This document shows, in pieces, positions 1 to 7,908 of a stretch of DNA of 27,138 bases. The position numbers and the translations under genes are program-made. This DNA is from a virus. Its lineage: Duplodnaviria; Caudoviricetes. The stretch's first letter is position 1. The number at the start of each line of letters is the position of its first letter. The stretch covers positions 1 through 27,138 of IMG/VR virus record IMGVR_UViG_3300017785_001210. One strand, 5' to 3'. The notes beneath the pieces are model-generated. The model ran no database searches, had not been told where the DNA came from, and worked only from the letters and a program-made list of their open reading frames with translations.

Positions 1-22
1 CCGCAAAGCAGGAGGTGGTGGA

Positions 23-409
23 ATGAAAGAAGCATTGAAACTTGCGCTTGAGGCGTTGATGGACAATGAGCATTATGTTGCAGAGAACGAACGCCACGCC
101 TATGTTGTTCTGTACAACGAAGTCATTGATAAATGCAAAGCAGCCTTGGCACAGCCAGTACAAGAGCCTGTGGGTGTCTTTTGCGAGGATGATGATATTG
201 GTTATGTTCGCCTAATTCCTCACCAGCAAATGAAGTTGAAGGCATGGGACAAGCTCTACACCGCCAAACTACAATGCCCTTGGGAGGGGCTGACGTTTGC
301 CGAAATATGCGATGCCGAAGTGGTTGCAACGGATGGCTTTAATAATTTCTCAGAACTGAAATTCGCCCGAGCCATAGAAGCCAAACTCAAGGAGAAGAAC
401 AGTGATTGA
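23..409 (+). CDS. Phage early hypothetical protein (QPVQEPV / PWxGLT / AIEAKLKEKN modular type)
   Basis: 128-aa ORF with GGAGGT RBS at 11-16; overlaps the next start codon; motifs recalled as common in small phage early proteins. Confidence 0.8.
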   Translation: MKEALKLALEALMDNEHYVAENERHAYVVLYNEVIDKCKAALAQPVQEPVGVFCEDDDIGYVRLIPHQQMKLKAWDKLYTAKLQCPWEGLTFAEICDAEVVATDGFNNFSELKFARAIEAKLKEKNSD

Positions 410-668
410 AATTCACAAACACACTGACTGGTTAAACGCTAATAGATACACGGTAGAAGAACGCGAACGGATTTGCCGAGAACTACTTGGCGAGGCGCAA
501 TATTGGAACATACACCTATACATAAAGCACATGCACGACAGCACAAAACGCCCTTGGGTGGGGCTGACGGAGGCGCAATTCTTGGAGGCTGCACGGCTTG
601 CCGAGCATGGTAATTATTTAGTTGCGTTTAAGCGTATTCAAGAATGGCTAAAGGAACTCAACACATGA
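402..668 (+). CDS. Phage early hypothetical protein, C-terminal half related to the upstream ORF (PWVGLT...LKELNT)
   Basis: GTG start with AAGGAG RBS at 389-394; stop overlaps the next ATG (ATGA). Confidence 0.75.
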   Translation: MIEIHKHTDWLNANRYTVEERERICRELLGEAQYWNIHLYIKHMHDSTKRPWVGLTEAQFLEAARLAEHGNYLVAFKRIQEWLKELNT

Positions 669-772
669 CTTGGCCTTTCCCACCAGCCACCGGAGCCGTT
701 CCTTGGACTAAGCAACAAGAGAAGGCATATCAACAACAGAAGCAAGAGCAGCTACCCGCTGCACCGTTTTAA
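665..772 (+). CDS. Small 35-aa phage protein MTWPFPPATGAVPWTKQQEKAYQQQKQEQLPAAPF (not in the ORF track)
   Basis: Translated by hand; ATGA overlap with the upstream stop, AAAGGA upstream, fills the gap exactly, and its stop TAA forms part of the next RBS TAAGGAG. Confidence 0.75.
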   Translation: MTWPFPPATGAVPWTKQQEKAYQQQKQEQLPAAPF

Positions 773-781
773 GGAGACCAC

Positions 782-994
782 ATGAAACTAGCAGCAGGTA
801 ACCCAAACCTCATGAACAAAAAAAGCTACATCCGAGTAGAGCCATTACTTATGGAGCGTACGGAACACACTGCCACCCCTCGAACTTTTAACCACATGAA
901 AGACGGGCAGGTGTATGTACCTGAGAAGAGCGAACCTGTACGAGCAGGGGCAACGGATGCTTTGAAGTTACCGAGCCGGGGTTACCCAACGTGA
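782..994 (+). CDS. Phage hypothetical protein
   Basis: TAAGGAG RBS at 770-776; GTGA overlap with the next gene. Confidence 0.75.
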   Translation: MKLAAGNPNLMNKKSYIRVEPLLMERTEHTATPRTFNHMKDGQVYVPEKSEPVRAGATDALKLPSRGYPT

Positions 995-1293
995 GTAAGT
1001 CAAATCATCCCGACATCCGCAGGATGCTGCACCAGTATCATGACGGGCTCACCTCGCTTGAGATATCCGAGCGACTCGAACTGAAACCTGACACTGTGCG
1101 TAATGCCTTGAAGGATATGCCTGATACATACATTGACCGATGGCACCCAGTAGCTAACGAACCACCGCATGCCGTATGGTGCGCAGTAGTACCCCCTGAA
1201 GATTGTCCTAGACCTAACACGAAAGATAAACATGAACGACCTACCAAACTTCGCAGCATGGAACAACGAGAATCTAGCGAAGTTCGCTACTGA
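991..1293 (+). CDS. Putative helix-turn-helix DNA-binding protein
   Basis: DGLTSLEISERLELKPDTVRNAL fits an HTH pattern; coupled GTG start. Confidence 0.7.
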   Translation: MSKSNHPDIRRMLHQYHDGLTSLEISERLELKPDTVRNALKDMPDTYIDRWHPVANEPPHAVWCAVVPPEDCPRPNTKDKHERPTKLRSMEQRESSEVRY

Positions 1294-1402
1294 TTCGTAC
1301 CGCAAGATGCAGGAACAACAAGACCACATAGAACAACTCCAAGGCGACCTCAAGGATGCAATGATGGAGATACGCCGACTATTTTGGGAGGCTAGTAAAT
1401 GA
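1232..1402 (+). CDS. Small 56-aa coiled-coil protein MNDLPNFAAWNNENLAKFATDSYRKMQEQQDHIEQLQGDLKDAMMEIRRLFWEASK (not in the ORF track)
   Basis: Translated by hand; covers the otherwise empty 1294-1398 gap, ends in an ATGA overlap with the 1399 gene, heptad-like composition. Confidence 0.75.
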   Translation: MNDLPNFAAWNNENLAKFATDSYRKMQEQQDHIEQLQGDLKDAMMEIRRLFWEASK

Positions 1403-1596
1403 ACGAGCACGACACAAACCTACGGGACTTGGCTGCCATGTTTGCCATGGCAGGGCTGCTGATGCGTGACCGAGAGGGGGGCGTAGACTTAGTGAAATAT
1501 GCACTTGCTTACGCTGATGAATTCATGGAAGCCCGACAACCTAAAGTCGAGGAAGGGATAGCTGCCATCAAGCCAAAGGCGAGGGCTAAGAAGTGA
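1399..1596 (+). CDS. Phage hypothetical protein (LRDLAAMFAMAGLL...AYADEFMEAR type)
   Basis: GGGAGG RBS upstream; ATGA and GTGA overlaps at the two ends. Confidence 0.8.
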   Translation: MNEHDTNLRDLAAMFAMAGLLMRDREGGVDLVKYALAYADEFMEARQPKVEEGIAAIKPKARAKK

Positions 1597-1955
1597 CCCC
1601 CGAAGCCAAAGTCAAAGTGAAGATTCATGCTGCGCTCAAGGCGCAGGGTGCGTATGCTGTGAACTACATAGGCGGCTTGCATGCCAACAACGGGACACCT
1701 GATATCCTTGCATGCCTTGGTGGGCGGTTCATTGGTATCGAGGCTAAGGCAGGTACGAACAAACCCACGGACTTGCAGATACATAACCTGCGTCGCATCG
1801 AGGAGGCAGGAGGGCTTGCCTTAGTAATCAATGAAACTAACTTGGAGGAACTCAATGACCTCGGAACCCGACGATCCAATTACAGACTTTTTGAACGCGC
1901 ACATCGAACCGATGAGACAACGGGAAGCCCAACGCGTAAAAAACGTGCTGCGTAA
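1593..1955 (+). CDS. VRR-NUC / Holliday-junction-resolvase-like nuclease
   Basis: TPEAKVK...GTPDILAC..GRFIGIEAKA...PTDLQ...I..AGG is the VRR-NUC PD-(D/E)XK pattern. Confidence 0.88.
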   Translation: MTPEAKVKVKIHAALKAQGAYAVNYIGGLHANNGTPDILACLGGRFIGIEAKAGTNKPTDLQIHNLRRIEEAGGLALVINETNLEELNDLGTRRSNYRLFERAHRTDETTGSPTRKKRAA

Positions 1956-2061
1956 ACGCGCCGCATACGCTAAGAAAATTCAAGGAACAACCAATGACAC
2001 AAGAACTGAACTGCTCCGACGCTGCGAAGATGTTGATCGAGAGAATGGCAACACACCCTGA
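1855..2061 (+). CDS. Possible overlapping 68-aa protein (MTSEPDDPITDFLNAHIEPMRQ...)
   Basis: GGAGG at 1844-1848, 6 nt before ATG 1855; overlaps both neighbours. Confidence 0.45.
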   Translation: MTSEPDDPITDFLNAHIEPMRQREAQRVKNVLRKRAAYAKKIQGTTNDTRTELLRRCEDVDRENGNTP

Positions 2062-2455
2062 CGACTTCAAAACGAGCGGACGCTTTTGGAGAGTGATGCA
2101 GATCATAAATGGAGAGAGCGATATGGGGTTCGAGCCTGTTATGTCCAAGCGAGACATAGACGCACTCACTACTGCCGCACAACAACTGTTTGAAGCCACC
2201 TTCATGGAGTATGTGTTGCACAAACTACTTGTGAAGGAAGAGCGCGTACCAACCTTGGGACAAGGGATGATACAAAAAACTCACCCATCACAGATGGCAC
2301 TACAAGGTAGCTCGTTAATGAGTTCCATGACTAAAGCGGAACTACAACAGCAAATGCAAAATCTACTTCAAAACAAACTTCAAAACCAATACGCAAATGC
2401 AGCGCAAAGCATGTACCCAACCGGCACCACTACCGGTAGATTTGGCGCTAAATGA
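1994..2455 (+). CDS. Phage hypothetical protein with Gln-rich low-complexity C-terminus
   Basis: AAGGA RBS at 1982-1986; ATGA overlap with the polymerase. Confidence 0.75.
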   Translation: MTQELNCSDAAKMLIERMATHPDDFKTSGRFWRVMQIINGESDMGFEPVMSKRDIDALTTAAQQLFEATFMEYVLHKLLVKEERVPTLGQGMIQKTHPSQMALQGSSLMSSMTKAELQQQMQNLLQNKLQNQYANAAQSMYPTGTTTGRFGAK

Positions 2456-4350
2456 CACACTTAGTAACCTGCGACCTCGAGACGTTTTACAGCAAGGACT
2501 TCTCACTCACCAAAGCTACTACGGAAGAGTATGTTCGCTCCCCGCAGTTTGAGACCATCGGTATCTCGCTCAAGCTAGATGACCACCCTACGGTATGGGT
2601 GCCGCAGCCTAGGGTAGACAAGGTACTGCGCAAGACGGACTGGTCGGATAAGCTGGTCATCTGTCAGAACACTGCGTTCGATGGAGCCATACTTAACTGG
2701 CGGTACGATGTGAACCCGCTGCTGTGGATTGACATCATGGGGATGTCCCGTGCGTTGTTCCCGCATGAGCGGTCACATAGTCTCAAGTCCCAAGCGGAGC
2801 GTATGGGTGTGGGTGTCAAGGGTAACGAGGTAGCAAAGGCTATCGGCATGCGCTACAAGGACTTCAGTGAGTTGGACTTGGCTGTGTACGGTAACTACTG
2901 CTGCAACGATACAGACCTGACCAAGCTGCTGTTTGATAAGTACATGGCAATGGGGTTCCCTAAGATTGAGTTGCGGCTACTCGACCTGACCCTGCGTATG
3001 TTCATCGACCCTGTGTTGGTGCTAGACGAGCCCATGCTACGCAAACATCTGACCGAGGTACAAGACCGCAAGCAAGCCCTGATGGAATCGGTACGCGACA
3101 CGATGCTTGCAACTGCTGACCCTGACTATGTACACGCAATCTTTAGTGACGGCATGGCGGGTATCAAGAAGCTGCTGATGTCTAACGACAAGTTCGCTAC
3201 GCTGTTGAGTTCGTATGGAGTAGAGCCGCCCACCAAGATCAGCCCTACTACAGGCAAGGTAGCGTTTGCGTTTGCCAAGACAGACGAGGGGCTCAAAGCC
3301 TTGCAGGAAAGTACGGATGAGCGTGTGCAGACAATCGTGGCGGCACGGCTTGGGAACAAGTCTACGCTAGAGGAAACCCGTACACAACGATTTATAGAGA
3401 TGGCGCAGCGGGGCAAGTTCCCAGTGCCACTACGCTACTACGGTGCCCACAGCGGCAGATGGAGCGGACAGGACTCAGTTAACCTGCAGAACCTACCGTC
3501 CCGTGGCGAGAACGCAGGGCGTATTAAGAAGTCCATGCTAGCCCCACCCGGCTATGTAGTTATTGACTGTGACTCTGCGCAGATCGAGGCGCGTACGTTG
3601 GCGTGGCTTGCAGGGCAAGCAGACTTGGTACAGGCGTTTGAGAACAAAGACGATGTGTACACCATCATGGCATCGCAGATTTACGGTATCCCGCAGATAC
3701 AAGTCACGCAGGGTGCAGGTAGTCAGCGGCAGGTAGGTAAGACCGTAGTGCTTGGTGCAGGGTACGGGGTAGGTCATGCCAAGCTGAAGCTGTTCCTTAA
3801 AACTATGGCGGGTGTGGACGTGACCGAGGATGAGGCTAAGCGCATCATCAATACTTACAGAACTACTTACAGCCGAATCCCTGCGTTGTGGCGTAATGCA
3901 GAAGACGCGCTAGCTGCCTTGGCTAATGGCAATGGTAAGCAGGTGGATGCAACGGGGATTATCCACGCTGTACCGGGGAAGGGACTATCACTTCCCAACG
4001 GCCTGTTCATTCAGTACCCTGACTTGCGCAAAGTGTTTGATGAGAACGGCAAAGCCAAGTGGCTCTACACATCCAAGGGCGTGACCACGAACATCTACGG
4101 CGGCAAGGTTGTGGAGAACTTCACCCAAGCGGTAGCGCGCTGCGTGGTGGCTGAGCAGATGCTAAAGATTTCTCAGAAGTACAAGGTGGTGCTGACCGTA
4201 CACGATGCGGTGGCTTGCATAGCCAAGATTGAGGAAGCTGCGGAAGCTAAGGCGTACGTCGAGGAATGTATGTCGTGGCGACCCAAGTGGGCGCAAGGGT
4301 TACCTCTTGCATGTGAATCAGGTATAGGAGCGAGTTATGGAGACTGTTAA
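2452..4350 (+). CDS. Phage family A DNA polymerase with 3'-5' exonuclease domain
   Basis: Exo motifs CDLETF, QNTAFD, YCCND; GRWSG..VNLQNLP; motif A DSAQIEAR; motif B RQVGKTVVLGAGYG; motif C TVHDA. Confidence 0.95.
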   Translation: MTHLVTCDLETFYSKDFSLTKATTEEYVRSPQFETIGISLKLDDHPTVWVPQPRVDKVLRKTDWSDKLVICQNTAFDGAILNWRYDVNPLLWIDIMGMSRALFPHERSHSLKSQAERMGVGVKGNEVAKAIGMRYKDFSELDLAVYGNYCCNDTDLTKLLFDKYMAMGFPKIELRLLDLTLRMFIDPVLVLDEPMLRKHLTEVQDRKQALMESVRDTMLATADPDYVHAIFSDGMAGIKKLLMSNDKFATLLSSYGVEPPTKISPTTGKVAFAFAKTDEGLKALQESTDERVQTIVAARLGNKSTLEETRTQRFIEMAQRGKFPVPLRYYGAHSGRWSGQDSVNLQNLPSRGENAGRIKKSMLAPPGYVVIDCDSAQIEARTLAWLAGQADLVQAFENKDDVYTIMASQIYGIPQIQVTQGAGSQRQVGKTVVLGAGYGVGHAKLKLFLKTMAGVDVTEDEAKRIINTYRTTYSRIPALWRNAEDALAALANGNGKQVDATGIIHAVPGKGLSLPNGLFIQYPDLRKVFDENGKAKWLYTSKGVTTNIYGGKVVENFTQAVARCVVAEQMLKISQKYKVVLTVHDAVACIAKIEEAAEAKAYVEECMSWRPKWAQGLPLACESGIGASYGDC

Positions 4351-5263
4351 TAAACCCCTCATTGATTTGTTTTTTGATCGAGGTATTTCAAATGATATGG
4401 GAATACCCATTAATTTTGCATTTAATGCACCAAGAGATAAAGTACAGACATTTGTGCTGTCACCCGAGGTTGCATTAAGCGCCGAGATGCTTGTGCGCTC
4501 TAAGTCTTTTAAAATGCCGAATCTTGTAGACGTACGCATGCCATACACGCATACAGTTATCGAATACCCATTGACTGAAGACATTCGCAAGATACGCCAC
4601 AATGGCAGCATCAACGGTCTCGTAACAATAACACGCATTGGCGCGTACATACACGAGGTAGGCAAAGGTGCGTTTACATGCTTACCCTACTGGGAATTCA
4701 TTGACGGCAGAATCCAACACAGCATCTACACGTTTTTGTTTGGTATGAACGTGCCTGACGCCTTTAAGGTGTCCCTTATCTCTGTTAACGGGGACGCCGG
4801 TGTTGATTGCAACCTCATGCCATGCGCATCGTTTATCACGGCCGCAGAACAGATGGGGGTTACGCCCGAGCAGTTCCGACAAATACTCAGTGAGCCTGAT
4901 ACGCAACAACACATTAGGGAATCCGCCACGGAAATACCATGCCTCATGTTTGCGTCTTACCTCCTACTTAGCTGCAAGAGTGGGGTAGGTAAGACTAAGG
5001 TGGAGGCACGGAAACCGCCTACAGGGTTGAAGCTCGGAGCAAGAAAACAGAAGGCGTATTCTGCAAGTGCTTACACGCTACTGCATTTGGAAGAAATTGA
5101 GACGGTTACATCCGAGGGCGGTATCAGTCGGCGCTCCGATATTTCCGCGCATTATGTGCGGGGGCATTTCAAACAACGATCAAGCGGTATCTACTGGTGG
5201 AATTCATTTGTTCGGGGTAGTGGGGCTCCCCGCAAGCGCAACGCGTATCTGGTAGAGGAGTGA
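4337..5263 (+). CDS. Uncharacterised 308-aa protein with C-terminal HYVRGHFK motif (candidate AcrVA2/FinQ-like)
   Basis: Long ORF with AGGAG RBS at 4326-4330; the function call is from remembered motif similarity only. Confidence 0.8.
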   Translation: METVNKPLIDLFFDRGISNDMGIPINFAFNAPRDKVQTFVLSPEVALSAEMLVRSKSFKMPNLVDVRMPYTHTVIEYPLTEDIRKIRHNGSINGLVTITRIGAYIHEVGKGAFTCLPYWEFIDGRIQHSIYTFLFGMNVPDAFKVSLISVNGDAGVDCNLMPCASFITAAEQMGVTPEQFRQILSEPDTQQHIRESATEIPCLMFASYLLLSCKSGVGKTKVEARKPPTGLKLGARKQKAYSASAYTLLHLEEIETVTSEGGISRRSDISAHYVRGHFKQRSSGIYWWNSFVRGSGAPRKRNAYLVEE

Positions 5264-5269
5264 TAAAAT
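5261..5269 (+). promoter_or_regulatory. Possible extended -10 promoter element (TGaTAAAAT) ahead of the exonuclease
   Basis: TGnTAAAAT match about 30 nt upstream of ATG 5299; no clear -35. Confidence 0.4.
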
Positions 5270-5298
5270 ATGGGCACCCAAACCAACCAAAGAAACTC

Positions 5299-5964
5299 AT
5301 GGCACTTGCTCATTCCTACTCGTCAATCAAAGATTTCGAGGGCTGCCCCCGCAGGTACCATGAAGTTCGTATCCTTAAAAAATTCAAATCGAAAGACACC
5401 GAGGCAACACTATATGGTACTGCTGTACACAAAGCCTTTGAAGAACACATCCGTGATAAGAAACCACTACCAGAAAGTTTTGCAAACTACAAGCCATTTG
5501 TGGAGCCTCTTGCCAACGCAGAAGGCGACATCCGATGCGAAGAAAGAATGGCCATCAAGGCAGACTTCTCCCCTTGCGAGTTCTTCGACAAAGCTGTATG
5601 GTTCAGGGGTATTCCGGATTACCTCGCAATCAACCATGAGAAGGGAATTGCAAGGGTAGCTGACTACAAGACAGGGAAGTCCAGCCGGTATGCAGATACG
5701 GCGCAGCTTGAGCTTATGGCTGCTATGGTGATGCTGCATCACCCCGAGGTGAATACCGTCAAGGGCGTCCTTTTGTTTGTAGTTATCAACGACGTTATTA
5801 AGGCCGAGTTCGCTCGTGCCGACTTACCAACAATCCTATCGAAATGGGCGGGTAGGGCTGATGCGATTGAGAAAGCGGTAACTTTTGGGGTATGGAACCC
5901 ACGTAGCTCCGCACTGTGTAAATTCTGCCCAGTATCTTCATGTGAGAACCATCGTGGCAACTAA
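5299..5964 (+). CDS. PD-(D/E)XK exonuclease (RecB/Cas4-like, probable Fe-S cysteines)
   Basis: SYSSI..F..CPRRY, GTAVH..FE, GIPD, DYKTG, QLELMA, C-terminal CKFCPVSSC; ATG 5299 preferred over GTG 5260. Confidence 0.9.
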   Translation: MALAHSYSSIKDFEGCPRRYHEVRILKKFKSKDTEATLYGTAVHKAFEEHIRDKKPLPESFANYKPFVEPLANAEGDIRCEERMAIKADFSPCEFFDKAVWFRGIPDYLAINHEKGIARVADYKTGKSSRYADTAQLELMAAMVMLHHPEVNTVKGVLLFVVINDVIKAEFARADLPTILSKWAGRADAIEKAVTFGVWNPRSSALCKFCPVSSCENHRGN

Positions 5965-6238
5965 ACGTAACTACCGCGCCGAGTACGATAAGTACCAAGG
6001 CAAACCCGAACAGATTAAGAACCGTGCCGCCCGTAACAAGGCGCGTAGCGACTACGAGAAAGCCAATGGCGATCTCCCCACTACCACGGACGTAGACCAT
6101 ATCAAGCCCATGAGTAAGGGTGGCAAGTCAGCCCTAGGGAACTTGCGAGCGGCTTCACAGTCTACAAATACCAGCTTCTCCCGTACCAAAACAGGTGCGC
6201 TGAAGTCCCAAACATCCAAGCGCGAAGCTAAAAAATAA
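5954..6238 (+). CDS. HNH(N) endonuclease
   Basis: DVDHIKPMSKGG...NLR......N motif; probable GTG start at 5954 (MATKRNYRAEY) overlapping the exonuclease end. Confidence 0.85.
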   Translation: MATKRNYRAEYDKYQGKPEQIKNRAARNKARSDYEKANGDLPTTTDVDHIKPMSKGGKSALGNLRAASQSTNTSFSRTKTGALKSQTSKREAKK

Positions 6239-6251
6239 GGTAAGATTTCCC

Positions 6252-6317
6252 CGCCGAGCAATCGGTGTTCATTGTTTCTCCTTGATTTGCCGGGTAGTTT
6301 AGCTACCCGGCTTTTTT
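6252..6317 (+). ncRNA. Putative small regulatory RNA: GNRA hairpin, anti-SD/anti-AUG linker, terminator
   Basis: CGCCGA-GCAA-TCGGTG hairpin, linker TTCATTGTTTCTCCTTGATTT, terminator hairpin; TAAGAT -10-like box at 6241-6246. Confidence 0.55.
6289..6317 (+). terminator. Intrinsic terminator
   Basis: GCCGGGTAG-TTTAG-CTACCCGGC perfect 9-bp stem followed by TTTTTT. Confidence 0.88.
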
Positions 6318-6337
6318 CCATTTTCTAAAGTTCTAAT

Positions 6338-7891
6338 ATGCAAATAATTGACAACAAAGCACTGCTTTTTAATACGAGAAAGGCAGCACAGATCACCGCG
6401 CTAATCCCCAAAAGTAAGGTGATCGAGACCCAAGGGGATGTGGATAGAGTGCTGGTTAACTGGGGGTTTGACGAAGCGCAACTCCTACGCAACCTAGGTA
6501 TCAAAGACGTACCTAGCCCCATCTTGGGACGCTACGACTGGCCGGGTATGTTCACCCCATTCGACCACCAGCGCACCACTGCAGACTTCCTAACCGTATA
6601 CCCACGGTGCTTCGTATTTAACGAGGCCGGCACAGGCAAGACAAGTGCTGCAGCATGGGCAGCGGACTACCTCATGCGCTTGGGTAAAGTCAAACGGGTA
6701 CTAGTGGTGTGCCCTGTGTCCATCATGGAGACAGCGTGGCGGTCGGACTTGTTCAAGACGGTAATGCACCGCACGGTAGCCATCGCTCAAGGCACACGCA
6801 CCCAACGCCAAGCCATTATCGCCAAGGGCTACGAGTTCGTCATCATTAACTTCGACGGCGTGAAGGTTGTCAACAAAGAACTTTTAGAGGGCGGGTTTGA
6901 CCTCATCATTGTGGACGAAGCCAACGCAGTTAAGTCGGTGCAGACAGACAGGTGGAAAGCCCTTGCTTCGTTAATCAAACCATCGACTCGCTTGTGGATG
7001 ATGACGGGCACACCTGCTTCGCAGTCACCACTGGATGCCTACGGCTTAGCCAAGCTCGTCAGCCCTGACACCGTACCTAGGTTCTTCGGCGCGTGGCGCG
7101 ACAAAGTGATGCTCAAGATTTCTCAATACAAGTGGGCACCACGCAGGGAGTCGCAGCAGGTAGTACATCAAGTGCTGCAGCCAGCGATACGCTTCACCAA
7201 AGCCGAGTGCCTAGACCTGCCTGACCTGTTGTACTCCACTCGTGAGGTACCGCTTACTCCGCAGCAGATGAAGTACTACGAAGCACTACGCAAGCAGATG
7301 ATGACCATCGCAGCAGGAGCAGAGATCACCGCAGTTAACGCAGCCGCTATGCTCAACAAACTCCTGCAGGTATCCCAAGGTGCGGTGTATACGGATGATG
7401 GCGATGTAGTGGAGTTCGATGTAAGTAACCGTGTATCGGAACTCATGAACGTCATCGACGAGACGGACAACAAGGTGTTGATCTTCGTACCGTACCGACA
7501 CACGCTGAGCATGCTGCGAGAGGAGCTAATTAAGGCAGGGCATACAGTCGAGGCCATCCAAGGTGGCGTACCCCCATCACAACGTGCGGAGATCATCAAG
7601 CGCTTTCAGACTGAGGACAACCCTAGGATTCTGTTGCTAAGTCCACAGGCTACGGCACACGGGATTACCCTTACTCGAGCCGATCAAGTTGTATGGTGGG
7701 GTCCAGTATCCTCCACTGAAATCTACCTACAAGCTAACTCCCGTGCCCACCGCGCGGGGCAGGTAAATCACGTTACGGTTACGCACCTACAAGGTAGTCC
7801 CGTGGAGCGCCGCATGTACACAATGCTGCAGAGCAACATCGATTTACATTTAAGTTTGGTGGATTTATACAAACAAGTGCTTGACGAATAA
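6338..7891 (+). CDS. SNF2-family (SF2) helicase/ATPase
   Basis: NEAGTGKT, LVVCP, VDEAN, MTGTP, HGITLT.A and QANSRAHRAGQ helicase motifs. Confidence 0.93.
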   Translation: MQIIDNKALLFNTRKAAQITALIPKSKVIETQGDVDRVLVNWGFDEAQLLRNLGIKDVPSPILGRYDWPGMFTPFDHQRTTADFLTVYPRCFVFNEAGTGKTSAAAWAADYLMRLGKVKRVLVVCPVSIMETAWRSDLFKTVMHRTVAIAQGTRTQRQAIIAKGYEFVIINFDGVKVVNKELLEGGFDLIIVDEANAVKSVQTDRWKALASLIKPSTRLWMMTGTPASQSPLDAYGLAKLVSPDTVPRFFGAWRDKVMLKISQYKWAPRRESQQVVHQVLQPAIRFTKAECLDLPDLLYSTREVPLTPQQMKYYEALRKQMMTIAAGAEITAVNAAAMLNKLLQVSQGAVYTDDGDVVEFDVSNRVSELMNVIDETDNKVLIFVPYRHTLSMLREELIKAGHTVEAIQGGVPPSQRAEIIKRFQTEDNPRILLLSPQATAHGITLTRADQVVWWGPVSSTEIYLQANSRAHRAGQVNHVTVTHLQGSPVERRMYTMLQSNIDLHLSLVDLYKQVLDE

Positions 7892-7908
7892 ATTTGACAG
7901 TGTATAAT
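7881..7908 (+). promoter_or_regulatory. Sigma70-type promoter
   Basis: TTGACG (7881-7886), 16-nt spacer, TATAAT (7903-7908) upstream of ATG 7945. Confidence 0.75.

Noticed and set aside
5260-5298. Longer starts from the ORF track (5260, also 5885 and 9242)
   Set aside because: Downstream starts 5299, 5954 and 9260 fit the family N-termini or the stop/start coupling better
5299-5964. Cas4-like nuclease suggesting a CRISPR-Cas system
   Set aside because: No cas1/cas2 or repeat-spacer array seen; such exonucleases are routine in phage replication modules
5954-6238. HNH gene as part of an intron or homing element
   Set aside because: Flanking genes are intact and no splice-type structure was seen
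6228-6272. Minus-strand 14-aa ORF MNTDCSAGKSYLIF with a perfect AAGGAG RBS
   Set aside because: Very short, antisense to the operon, no evident promoter, and the flanking terminator faces the + strand; better explained as the mirror image of the anti-SD linker, though not excluded
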